In this document: piece by piece, positions 56,019 through 64,000 of the stretch
Position numbering within the stretch: the stretch's first letter is position 1
How the letters are laid out: each line of letters opens with the position of its first letter
Assembly: GCA_009992175.1 (NCBI GenBank)
Contig: JAACWA010000010.1
Location: forward strand, 16,864 to 80,863
From: an archaeon
GTDB taxonomy: Archaea; Nanobdellota; Nanobdellia; Pacearchaeales; GW2011-AR1
Direction: 5' to 3'
Length of the DNA: 64,000 nucleotides
The notes under the pieces: generated by a model
Told to the model about the DNA's origin: nothing
Database searches by the model: none
The model's input: only the letters and a program-made list of their open reading frames with translations
Translations under genes and position numbers: made by a program

Positions 56019-58448
56019 TTAATTTTTCTTTTCTTCTAATTTTTCTTTATATTTTTTAATTCTTTCTTTGTTTGTTTTGCATTCAGTATTAAAACAGAAT
56101 ATCCAAGGTCTTTTTCCTTTTTGGAGAGTCATTAAAAGAGGAAATCCACATTTTTCACAATTTTTTCCAGTTTGATTTATTTTTCCATAGGGTGGAAGTG
56201 AATAGGTATTCTTACATTTAGGGTATCCTGAACATGCAATGAAAAATTTTCTGTTTTTTGGAGAATAGGTTATTCTCAATTTATCTTTTTTACAAAGGGG
56301 ACATAAATTAAGAGTATTTTCTTCTCTTTCTATTTCTATTTGTTCTTCTCGTGCATTCATTAATTCTCTTCCAATTAATCCTTCCTTTTTTTCAAATTCT
56401 TTTGCAATTTTTATAATTGCCTCTTTAGCTTTTTCCAAAATCTTATCTTCTTTTTCAAGAAGTTCGGGAGTTGTTTTTTGACTTGTTTCAACAATTTCAT
56501 CCATTTCATCTTGCAATTCTTTAGTTAATTTTTCGTCAATTATAATTGGAGAATATTTCTCAAGAGTATTTATTAGTGAGATTCCGAGTGCAGTTGCTTC
56601 AATTGATCTTCCTTTCACATATCCCCTGTCAAAGAGAGTTTCAAGAATTGCTGCACGAGTAGCTTTTGTACCCAGATTTCTTTTTTCGAGTTCAGACAAG
56701 ATTGAGGCAGGAGAATATCTTTTTGGAGGTTGAGTTTCTTTTTCTTCTATTCTTTTTTTAGAAATATTTTTTTCTCCATTTACATCAGGAATTTCTCTTT
56801 CATTAGATTTTGTGGGATAGAATTCCATCCATGATTTTTTTCTTATGTGATAACCTGAAGTTGAAAAAGTTAAGTCTTCAATTTTACCCGAAATTCTTTT
56901 TCTATCAATTATTGCTTCATCACAAAAAAGAGCTAAAAATCTTTTTACAATTAATTCATAAATTTTTTCTTCATGTCCTGTGAGAATTTGTTTGTTTCCA
57001 GTAGGGTATATTGAGGGGTGCGCAGGATCTGTTTTCTTTCCTTCAATTGGTTTGTCTTTAGTGATTAGTTTTGAAACTTTATACCTTACCTTTAAAATTT
57101 CAAGGATTGATTTATAATCTACAGAAGAGGGTAATTTTTGTGAGGAAGTTCTAGGATAAGAGATTAATCCAGCAAGGTAAAGTGATTGAGCTGCCTTAAG
57201 GGTATTTGAAGGAGTTATTCCATATAATTTATAACTTTCAGTTTGAAGACTGGTTAAATCAAATGGAGGTCCAGGAGGAACATTTTGGGTAGTTTTTTTT
57301 GTTTCAATGTTTATCTTTTCCCCTACTAATTCATTTAATTTATCTAATTCATCTTTAGAAAAAAAATCTTTTGTGCATTTAAGTTCAAGTTCGGGATTTT
57401 CAATTTCTATGTATAATTGCCAATATTTTTCTTTTTTAAATTTTTGAATTTCTCTTTCTTTCTCGACAATTAATTTTAAAGAGGGACCTTGGACTCTCCC
57501 AATGGACATTATTTTAAATTTTCCAGTAGTTTTTATGGCATTCATTAATGCACGAGATAAATTTATTCCATAGAACCAATCTAGGTAATGCCTTGATTCT
57601 CCTGCAACTGCTTGTCCCCAATTAAGGTGGGAGTTTTTATTTTCATAAGCCTCATTTAGTTCTTTGGGAGTAAGTGTAGAAAATTTCATACGGCTAGCAT
57701 CTTTTTGATTGCAAATTAGTTTTACTACATTTTTTCCAATTACTTCTCCTTCAACATCAAAGTCTGTTGCAACTGTAATTGAACCCGCATTTTTTGCAAG
57801 TTTAAGAAGGGTATCATAGTATTTTTTGGTGAAATCATTTTTTTTAACCATATAATTTGGAACCCACGAAATATCAAACATTGGAACACTAGAACCGGGA
57901 ATATTTTGTTTAAGTGTGAACAAATGTCCTACCGCACATGCAACTATTATCTTTTTTCCTTTTCTATCAATTTCATAATATGGAACTCCCCTCAAGATTT
58001 CTCTTTTTGTTGCAACTCCAAGTGCATTTGAGATTTTTAATGCTGCTTGAGGTTTTTCAGTAATTATTAATTCATATCCTTCTTTTTTTAAAAGGATTTT
58101 TGGAGTTACATAAACTTCAGATTTAGTTGTGGTTTTTTTATTCTTTTTTGTTATTTTTTTCTTAGGAATTTTTTTTCTTGTTCCTCTTGTTTTCTTTTCC
58201 AAATTTCCTTCTTTTTCTATTGTTACTAATTCCTCTTTTAAGGGTTTTGAAGAAAAAATTTCAGTTGTTTTAGATTTGAATTCGTTTTTTGGATTGTAAT
58301 CTTTTACTTTTTTTTCTGTAACATACCTAAGCATTTCTTCACGATTTTCATTATTTTTAACCGTTTTTTCAGTTGTTTTTTTGAAATCAATGTTTGACCT
58401 GAAAAAAGATTCACTTGCTTTCTCTTGACTTGATTTTCTTTTTACCAT
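56019..58448 (-). CDS. topA: DNA topoisomerase IA with Lys-rich N-terminal extension and C-terminal zinc ribbons
   Basis: Toprim ELIITEKPQAALKIS; C-terminal CPLCK...CSGYPKCKN, CEKCG; about 120-aa basic N-terminal tail. Confidence 0.85.
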   Translation of the reverse strand: MVKRKSSQEKASESFFRSNIDFKKTTEKTVKNNENREEMLRYVTEKKVKDYNPKNEFKSKTTEIFSSKPLKEELVTIEKEGNLEKKTRGTRKKIPKKKITKKNKKTTTKSEVYVTPKILLKKEGYELIITEKPQAALKISNALGVATKREILRGVPYYEIDRKGKKIIVACAVGHLFTLKQNIPGSSVPMFDISWVPNYMVKKNDFTKKYYDTLLKLAKNAGSITVATDFDVEGEVIGKNVVKLICNQKDASRMKFSTLTPKELNEAYENKNSHLNWGQAVAGESRHYLDWFYGINLSRALMNAIKTTGKFKIMSIGRVQGPSLKLIVEKEREIQKFKKEKYWQLYIEIENPELELKCTKDFFSKDELDKLNELVGEKINIETKKTTQNVPPGPPFDLTSLQTESYKLYGITPSNTLKAAQSLYLAGLISYPRTSSQKLPSSVDYKSILEILKVRYKVSKLITKDKPIEGKKTDPAHPSIYPTGNKQILTGHEEKIYELIVKRFLALFCDEAIIDRKRISGKIEDLTFSTSGYHIRKKSWMEFYPTKSNEREIPDVNGEKNISKKRIEEKETQPPKRYSPASILSELEKRNLGTKATRAAILETLFDRGYVKGRSIEATALGISLINTLEKYSPIIIDEKLTKELQDEMDEIVETSQKTTPELLEKEDKILEKAKEAIIKIAKEFEKKEGLIGRELMNAREEQIEIEREENTLNLCPLCKKDKLRITYSPKNRKFFIACSGYPKCKNTYSLPPYGKINQTGKNCEKCGFPLLMTLQKGKRPWIFCFNTECKTNKERIKKYKEKLEEKKN

Positions 58449-58561
58449 TTTTTCTTGTTTTTTAAAAGAATCCCTTATTATTATATTTTTTTAAAAGAAT
58501 CTCTTAGTTTTAAAGTGTTTTGGGGGATTTTTTAGTTGTTTTACTCTCTTTTTAGGGGAGA

Positions 58562-59284
58562 CTAAAATTCTTTTGCAAATTCTTTACTTAATTTTTCAAG
58601 TTCAGATTCTTCTTTCTTTTTTATAAAAGGTTTTTCAATTAAGTAGTAGAAAATATAGATACTTAGGTGACAAATTCCAAAGAAAATTAATCCTTCTAAG
58701 GATTGTATTACAATAGCTCCCACGTATCCATAAATATTTCCTATTCCATACATTGGATTTTTGAATGTTTTGTATGGCCCCGATTGAATAAATTTACCTC
58801 CCTTTTCATTCAAAAATAAATTTTTATAATAATAAATATCTAAACCAGAAATCCAAGTAGACCAAAATTTGACTCCAAAACTAAATATAAATAAAATTAT
58901 TCCTAAAGTCCAGGCTACCATCTCCGGAATATTAAAAGTATTTTGATTTGCAAGAACAAATTGAGTTATTGCAAATCCCCCGTTCATAAACATTAAACCC
59001 AAAATTAGACTATAAATGGAATAGGCTTTATCTTTACCAAATTTTTTAATCATCCATAATTTTATGTTTGTTCCAAGAATTAAGGAGTTTCCAATGTAAT
59101 AGAAAGTCCATCCAAAAATTGCATATGGGATCCAGAGATTATTTAGATAAACAAATTCACTTAGGAGATATGAAAAAATTGCAAGTGGAATCCATATCCA
59201 AAGAATTTTTACTTTTTCTAACCTTATTCCAATCATTCCAACTAAGATTAAAATTGTTTTCCAAATTTTATCTAATAAATACAC
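58562..59284 (-). CDS. ICMT/PEMT-like membrane methyltransferase family protein
   Basis: Polytopic; C-terminal SGPYKTFKNPMYGIGNI... Confidence 0.45.
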   Translation of the reverse strand: MYLLDKIWKTILILVGMIGIRLEKVKILWIWIPLAIFSYLLSEFVYLNNLWIPYAIFGWTFYYIGNSLILGTNIKLWMIKKFGKDKAYSIYSLILGLMFMNGGFAITQFVLANQNTFNIPEMVAWTLGIILFIFSFGVKFWSTWISGLDIYYYKNLFLNEKGGKFIQSGPYKTFKNPMYGIGNIYGYVGAIVIQSLEGLIFFGICHLSIYIFYYLIEKPFIKKKEESELEKLSKEFAKEF

Positions 59285-59296
59285 TTTTTTTTCATT

Positions 59297-59887
59297 TTAA
59301 ATTTCAAAAATAGTGGGAGTTCGAGAAACGTTCATAACTTGAGTATTATGAATTTTTTCAATTAAACCCCCTCCTTCGTGAATATGCCCACAGATTAAAA
59401 AATTGGGAGAAAATTTTTCTATTGCTTTTTTTATTCCAACTGATCCTGGAAAGCCCATTAATTCTATTTTACTTCCAGCGGGAGGGCAGTGAGTTATCAT
59501 TATTTTTTTCTTTAGGTTTTTTATTTTTTCATGGGAATTTTTTAATTCTTTAAAAATTTGATCTGAATCTTCTTTAAACCCCCAATCAACAGTTCCAGAA
59601 CCAAAAAATCCAACATTATTTATCTTTAAATTTTTCTTGTGAATACTTCTTAAATTGGGATACATTTTTTCCCACATCTTAACAGTACTTTCAGTTTCAT
59701 GGTTACTTGGAATTATTAATGCAGGTTTACTAGTTAATGGTCCAACCAACCCTTTTTCCATTTTTTCAAACCAAGTTTGGTCTCCTGCAAGAATTACCAA
59801 ATCAATATTTTCCTTTTCAATAAGTTTTTCAACTTTTTTTACAAGTCCAAGGTCTCCATGTATATCTGAAACTGCTAATATTTTCAT
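59297..59887 (-). CDS. metallophosphoesterase (YfcE/MJ0936 family), intact
   Basis: MKILAVSDIHGD, LAGDQ, NHE, ICGHIHEGGG. Confidence 0.8.
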   Translation of the reverse strand: MKILAVSDIHGDLGLVKKVEKLIEKENIDLVILAGDQTWFEKMEKGLVGPLTSKPALIIPSNHETESTVKMWEKMYPNLRSIHKKNLKINNVGFFGSGTVDWGFKEDSDQIFKELKNSHEKIKNLKKKIMITHCPPAGSKIELMGFPGSVGIKKAIEKFSPNFLICGHIHEGGGLIEKIHNTQVMNVSRTPTIFEI

Positions 59888-59932
59888 ATTTTTTTAAAAA
59901 GAAGCAGATTAATAAAATTTGTGAATTAGAAT

Positions 59933-60241
59933 TTTTTTAATTCCCGTAATGTTTTATATCTTTTTTGTTTATCGAAGAAAGTATTTCTATGTCTAATCTA
60001 CAAAAGTGAAGAACTTCATTTGCTTCATAAGTTCTACCTTCATTATATAATTTTTCTGCTTGTTCAATTTCTGAGAATTCTTCCGGAATTTTATTTTTTT
60101 TAAAAAAACACAATTTTCATGATAAGCTGCTTCCAAGAAAACTATTTGGTTTGTTTCATTTATCAGACCATCCCCTGAAAAAGCATAATAACCCAATCCT
60201 TCCACCCTTCTTTCAAGTTTTCTAAGATCAATCTCATACAC
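59933..60241 (-). pseudogene. hypothetical gene with a frameshift in a T7A8 run
   Basis: The 82-aa ORF continues in the adjacent frame as ...KKNKIPEEFSEIEQAEKLYNEGRTYEANEVLHFCRLDIEILSSINKKDIKHYGN*. Confidence 0.3.
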
Positions 60242-60371
60242 TATTTTAAAATTAAGTAACTTGTTCTTTATTAATCTTTAAGTTTGTCACTATTTGTTCA
60301 ACATGAGGATTACAAAATGTTTATAAGGAAGGGGTTGTCATAAAATATATATTAAAATATACATATCCAAG

Positions 60372-60638
60372 ATGGAAGACAACTTTGATATCTTTTTCAG
60401 ACGGAAACCAGCGTTGATGCTTGTTTCTTTGAAAAAGAACACACGGATGAGGTATGGAAGTATCTTGGCTAAAGAAGTGGATTGCACTTATAGCCATGCG
60501 GTGAAAATACTGCAAACCCTTGAGAGTTTGAAGTTGGTTGAGTTTGATAAAAAAGGAAGAATCAAACTAATCAAACTAACTCCCAAAGGAAAACAAGTTG
60601 CAGATGCGATTGAGAATATTCAAGTTCTAGTCAAATAA
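60372..60638 (+). CDS. winged-helix transcriptional regulator
   Basis: YGSILAKEVDCTYSHAVKILQTLESLKLVEF (HTH), then a beta-hairpin wing; 88 aa. Confidence 0.55.
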   Translation: MEDNFDIFFRRKPALMLVSLKKNTRMRYGSILAKEVDCTYSHAVKILQTLESLKLVEFDKKGRIKLIKLTPKGKQVADAIENIQVLVK

Positions 60639-60641
60639 ACC

Positions 60642-60666
60642 GGATAGAGGTGATTACTATCCGCCC
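60642..60666 (+). terminator. 7-bp stem hairpin (CGGATAG-9 nt-CTATCCG) just after the regulator gene
   Basis: ccggatagaggtgattactatccg; a relatively GC-rich structured element. Confidence 0.25.
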
Positions 60667-60718
60667 CTGAAAGCAGATTAACTCTTTTGTTAGTATGCAT
60701 TTTGTTTTTTTCTTTTTT

Positions 60719-61051
60719 TTAGCTTGTTTTTCTCCCTATTCTTTTCGATGTTCCACATTTCCCGCATTTTGAAAAAATTAAATTGTCTTCATCAGAATAA
60801 AAGATACCTAAATCAATTATTTGAGCCTTGTTATGTCCACATTTTGAGCAGAGGTGGTCATAAGTTGCATAAACGTTTTCTTCATTTGCAATTCCTTTCC
60901 CTTTTTTAATTTTTTCAGAAATTTTTTCTTTAGAATTAATAATTTTTGTTTTTTGAATTAATCCACAAGATTTACATTGAACTTCGTGATTTTTTTTAGA
61001 ATTTAAAGGGGGCAGGATGTTTTTGCATTTTATGCAAAAACTTATTCCCAT
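60719..61051 (-). CDS. divergent TFS/Rpb9-like double zinc-ribbon protein (TFS paralog)
   Basis: Start set at internal MGISFCIKCKN. N-terminal ribbon CIKCK...CKSCG; C-terminal ribbon CSKCGH...YSDEDNLIFSKCGKCG (acidic hairpin SDED in place of the canonical SADE). Confidence 0.5.
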   Translation of the reverse strand: MGISFCIKCKNILPPLNSKKNHEVQCKSCGLIQKTKIINSKEKISEKIKKGKGIANEENVYATYDHLCSKCGHNKAQIIDLGIFYSDEDNLIFSKCGKCGTSKRIGRKTS

Positions 61052-61092
61052 TAAAATCAAATTTGATTGAAGTATAAAAAGATTCCGATTAA

Positions 61093-61108
61093 CAAAATTT
61101 TTAAACAA
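61093..61108 (+). promoter_or_regulatory. TATA-like box (AAAATTTTTAAACAAC) about 30 nt upstream of tRNA-Lys
   Basis: Spacing fits an archaeal promoter. Confidence 0.35.
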
Positions 61109-61130
61109 CTTATTTCTTTAGACTTCATAT

Positions 61131-61247
61131 GGCTCCGTAGCTCAGCCTGGTCAGAGCACTAGACTCTTAAGCATGATTTCATCATACGTTCTTCACGAAG
61201 CTTGCGAAGAAATCTAGGTGTCGTGGGTTCAAATCCCATCGGGGCCA
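61131..61247 (+). tRNA. tRNA-Lys (anticodon CTT) with a 42-nt intron at 37/38
   Basis: GGCTCCG-TA-GCTC-AGCCTGGTCA-GAGC-A-CTAGA-CTCTTA[intron]A-TCTAG-GTGTC-GTGGG-TTCAAAT-CCCAT-CGGGGCC-A. Confidence 0.65.
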
Positions 61248-61254
61248 TATTCCC

Positions 61255-61701
61255 CTATTCAGAATTATTTTTTTTAGAGAAATTTCCATTACTGGCTTCA
61301 AATTCATATCCTTTTTTCAAATTCATTTTTTCAACTTTTTTGATAAATTCTTCATAATTAGGAAGATTCCGATAAACCACTTCTTGACCTCTTTTTTTTG
61401 CGGCTTCAATTCCATATTCCATTCCCTTTGAAATACCTCTGTCTTGATAGACTATTCTTTTTTTTGCTAACTCTCCCCAAGCTATTCCGGCATTTATTCC
61501 AAGCATACGTTCCTCTTCAATTTTATCATCTAGTATTCCATCTTGAGTATAAAATAAATGTGAAGCATAAGGAAACTCCCCTTTCAATAAAGAATCATGA
61601 ATACAAGCTCTTGCATAAAGAATATTAATTTCGGTTTCAGAATAATCTTTTCCCCTAAATGGGCTTTCAACAACAACTAATTTTTCAAGATTATCTTCCA
61701 T
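61255..61701 (-). CDS. nucleoside 2-deoxyribosyltransferase / DNPH1-like Rossmann protein
   Basis: VVVESPFRG (like the NDT N-terminal motif), ...ISKGMEYGIEAAKKRGQEVVY (like GT.fE.G.A...gKPv). Confidence 0.4.
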   Translation of the reverse strand: MEDNLEKLVVVESPFRGKDYSETEINILYARACIHDSLLKGEFPYASHLFYTQDGILDDKIEEERMLGINAGIAWGELAKKRIVYQDRGISKGMEYGIEAAKKRGQEVVYRNLPNYEEFIKKVEKMNLKKGYEFEASNGNFSKKNNSE

Positions 61702-61806
61702 TTTTTAGTAGAACTATTTTTATTAATAAATATAATTCTTATCTAAAATATATGTTTTGTGGAGAACAACTTAATTTAAAAAGACTTTTTGCTTGATTAG
61801 ATAAAG

Positions 61807-62505
61807 ATGAGCAATGTAAAAAAATTTGCTTCTGAGAATTTAGTTACTTATAAAAAATCAGATGAGTCCATAAAATCTATTGAACAAGGATTAAATCTTG
61901 AAATTTCTGACAATTTACTTGCTCCTTTAAAATCAGGTGATTTGGCTTTTAAAATTTTGGAGAAGGGAATAAAAGCTACATTTATCACGCCAGATAAAAG
62001 GCAATATGATTATTTTAATTTAAGACTGGAGGCTTTAAAGAACGGGGACGTTGATAGTTTCTTAGTAAATATTCCACATGCAAGTGTTTTGCAAATAAAT
62101 AATCCAAAATTAAAAAAGATTATTTCTCAAAGGGATGAATATCTCTCCAACTTTAATTTTGATAAAATTTTAAGTAATTTGGATAAAGTTAATTTTGTTG
62201 AGGGGATGAGTTTATTTGAGAATTCTTTTGATTTTTTAGATTATAATAAAATTTATCTTTCTAATGAGATAGAAGGAGTTTGTAAAACTCCTTGTTTAAG
62301 GAATCTTTATTTTCAAAAATTTTCCCAAAATTTTAAAATAGGTACAATTTTTTATCTTTCCAAAACAAAAAATGATTCTGGGCACTTAAATTCTGATTAT
62401 TCTTTGGCGGGACTTTTAATTTCTAAGAATTTAACTCGAAAGGCAAAAAAGTATGAGAAATATTGGGATCCAGTTGTTTATGTTAAAGAAAAAATAGAAT
62501 TTTAA
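61807..62505 (+). CDS. hypothetical protein
   Basis: 232-aa ORF; weak resemblance to solute-binding folds only. Confidence 0.3.
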   Translation: MSNVKKFASENLVTYKKSDESIKSIEQGLNLEISDNLLAPLKSGDLAFKILEKGIKATFITPDKRQYDYFNLRLEALKNGDVDSFLVNIPHASVLQINNPKLKKIISQRDEYLSNFNFDKILSNLDKVNFVEGMSLFENSFDFLDYNKIYLSNEIEGVCKTPCLRNLYFQKFSQNFKIGTIFYLSKTKNDSGHLNSDYSLAGLLISKNLTRKAKKYEKYWDPVVYVKEKIEF

Positions 62506-62506
62506 T

Positions 62507-62812
62507 TTATCTGTAATCCCTTTTAGTATGTCCACATTTTGCACATTTAAAGAATTTTGTTGGAGATTCATCACTTGAACGGGTTTGAACCATCCAAAAA
62601 TACGCTCTTTCATGTCCACATTTAGGGCAAGTTTCATTAACCACAGGTTCTGTTTTAAAGTCTTTTTTTAGAACTGCAATTTCTGGGTGGTCTTCAATTT
62701 TTTCTTTTGTAGAGAGGGTTACAGCCCCTTTTTTAGTATATCCACATCTAGAACAAGAGCTATTTTTTATCTTCATCATTAAGACTGAACCACATTTTGG
62801 GCAAAATTCCAT
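62507..62812 (-). CDS. tfs: transcription factor S (TFIIS-type)
   Basis: MEFCPKCGSVLMMK...CSRCG, then CPKCGHERAYFWMVQTRSSDESPTKFFKCAKCGHT (canonical acidic loop). Confidence 0.85.
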   Translation of the reverse strand: MEFCPKCGSVLMMKIKNSSCSRCGYTKKGAVTLSTKEKIEDHPEIAVLKKDFKTEPVVNETCPKCGHERAYFWMVQTRSSDESPTKFFKCAKCGHTKRDYR

Positions 62813-62846
62813 AGGGTTCCAAATGAGAGAATCATTTATATAATTT

Positions 62847-63254
62847 ATGTTTCTCTTTTATTTCATGATTATCAAGAATGTAATCATTTCAATTGATGAC
62901 TTAGTTATTGAAAGGTCAAAAGAATTAGTTAAAGAGTTCAATTTAGATATTTCTCAAATTCCAAAAGATTTTCTAGAAATTTTTTTAATTAAGAAATCCA
63001 AAAAATCAGGAATAAAATTAACCAAAGAGAGCCCACTTAATATTTATAACATTTATTCTAAAAAATTTGCTTCTTCTGCAGTAATTAATTACGAATTATC
63101 CAAAAGAAAGTCAATATGGTTTGTTAAAGATGAAGGATTGTTTAAAATCACAGGAAGTGAAAACTTTAATTATTATTTTTTGGAAGCACAAAGAGATGAT
63201 ATGACCTCTTGCTCTTTAATAAAAAGTCAGTTAGATTATTACAATTCCCTTTAA
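62847..63254 (+). CDS. hypothetical protein
   Basis: ORF only. Confidence 0.3.
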   Translation: MFLFYFMIIKNVIISIDDLVIERSKELVKEFNLDISQIPKDFLEIFLIKKSKKSGIKLTKESPLNIYNIYSKKFASSAVINYELSKRKSIWFVKDEGLFKITGSENFNYYFLEAQRDDMTSCSLIKSQLDYYNSL

Positions 63255-63257
63255 TTT

Positions 63258-63884
63258 TTAATTCTCATTACAAAATCCTCTTTCTTCAGAAGATTTTGCA
63301 TTTTCAAAGAAAATCAATTTTATCCATCCAAGGTATGGAGCAACATTTGCAATGGGCCTTCCCACAAGTTGGCTTTGGTTTATCTCTTTTTCAATAAATA
63401 GTTGTCCATTATTGTTGTCTCCCCTTGTTGAAAAAGTGTAAATTCCATTTTCTTCTTTTATACTCATTATCCTATGGATTATTGGGTTTCTTTCTCCAGC
63501 ATTAAAAATTATAATTTCTCCAACTTTTACTTTTTCTGGTTTTATTCCTGTGACAAAGAGAATATCTCCTTTGTTGAATCCATTTTTGAATGGGAATTCC
63601 AAAAAGGCTGTTTTTATTATCTCTTCTTGAAAATATTTTCTTTCATGGATTTTCCACCAATTGTCAAAGTTAGAGAATAAATTCCCTCCGTGGTACATTG
63701 AACAAGATTCAACAATCACAAGGGGAAGGGGAGTTCCAGAAGCAAGAGTTAGGAGGGGAAAGAAGATAAGTTTTATCACTATAAGTAAAAAGATTATTGA
63801 AAATATCCATCCTTTAAATGAATCATCTTGCCATACAACAAACCAAAATTTTTTGAAAAACTTTTTCAAATCACCTTTTTTCAT
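63258..63884 (-). CDS. signal peptidase I (archaeal/Sec11 type)
   Basis: N-terminal TM; Ser box VVESCSMYHG; His box IIHRIM; GDNN box. Confidence 0.75.
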   Translation of the reverse strand: MKKGDLKKFFKKFWFVVWQDDSFKGWIFSIIFLLIVIKLIFFPLLTLASGTPLPLVIVESCSMYHGGNLFSNFDNWWKIHERKYFQEEIIKTAFLEFPFKNGFNKGDILFVTGIKPEKVKVGEIIIFNAGERNPIIHRIMSIKEENGIYTFSTRGDNNNGQLFIEKEINQSQLVGRPIANVAPYLGWIKLIFFENAKSSEERGFCNEN

Positions 63885-64000
63885 AATTGAAAAGAGGGAA
63901 ATTACTTTTATAACTATTTCCTTTTAAGGGGTCCTTTTATCCATAAGCTTTTTAAATGTATACACAATGTATATACATGCAAGATATATTTGAACATACA

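Noticed and set aside
1-64000. CRISPR arrays, cas genes, restriction-modification, toxin-antitoxin, integrase or transposase genes
   Set aside because: No periodic direct repeats with unique spacers were seen, and no ORF carries recognisable Cas, RM, TA, integrase or transposase motifs. The only tandem repetition is the short KDLTKDLPKE peptide repeat at about 20690-20760.

Overview
This is an AT-rich (about 30% GC by eye), densely coded archaeal chromosomal segment. The gene content looks like a small-genome, DPANN-like archaeon. Most of the window is intact core machinery. Translation genes present are deoxyhypusine synthase, ProRS, GatD/GatE, AspRS, AsnRS, MetRS, ValRS, aIF1A, aIF2beta, aRF1, L15e, NAC, MnmA and Taw3. 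Replication and repair genes are MCM, an RPA-like OB protein, ATP-dependent DNA ligase, topoisomerase IA, RadB and an NreA-like protein. Transcription genes are TBP, TFS, RpoL and a divergent TFS paralog, and division genes are FtsZ, MinD and ScpB. There are four tRNA genes (Arg-TCG, Asn-GTT, Ile-GAT, Lys-CTT), each with a TATA-like box near -28; the Ile and Lys genes carry canonical-position introns. No CRISPR array, cas gene, integrase or transposase is visible.

The non-routine content is as follows. A DisA-type diadenylate cyclase sits next to a DHH-DHHA1 phosphoesterase, a likely c-di-AMP module. At least eight dispensable genes are disrupted by in-frame TAA/TAG codons or single-nucleotide frameshifts, while every essential gene is intact. 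A frameshifted two-motif LAGLIDADG homing endonuclease and a decayed C39-like peptidase sit beside the intron-containing tRNA-Ile. A small islet around the intron-containing tRNA-Lys holds a wHTH regulator, a divergent TFS paralog and an NDT/DNPH1-like protein, bounded by the canonical TFS. There is a membrane-anchored AlbA_2/Schlafen-like DNA-binding protein and a RadB/NreA-like pair with a C-terminal PIP box. A 38-bp exact direct repeat copies a piece of mnmA about 30 kb away. A surface-glycan gene cluster contains GT-C, GtrA and a processive GT2.
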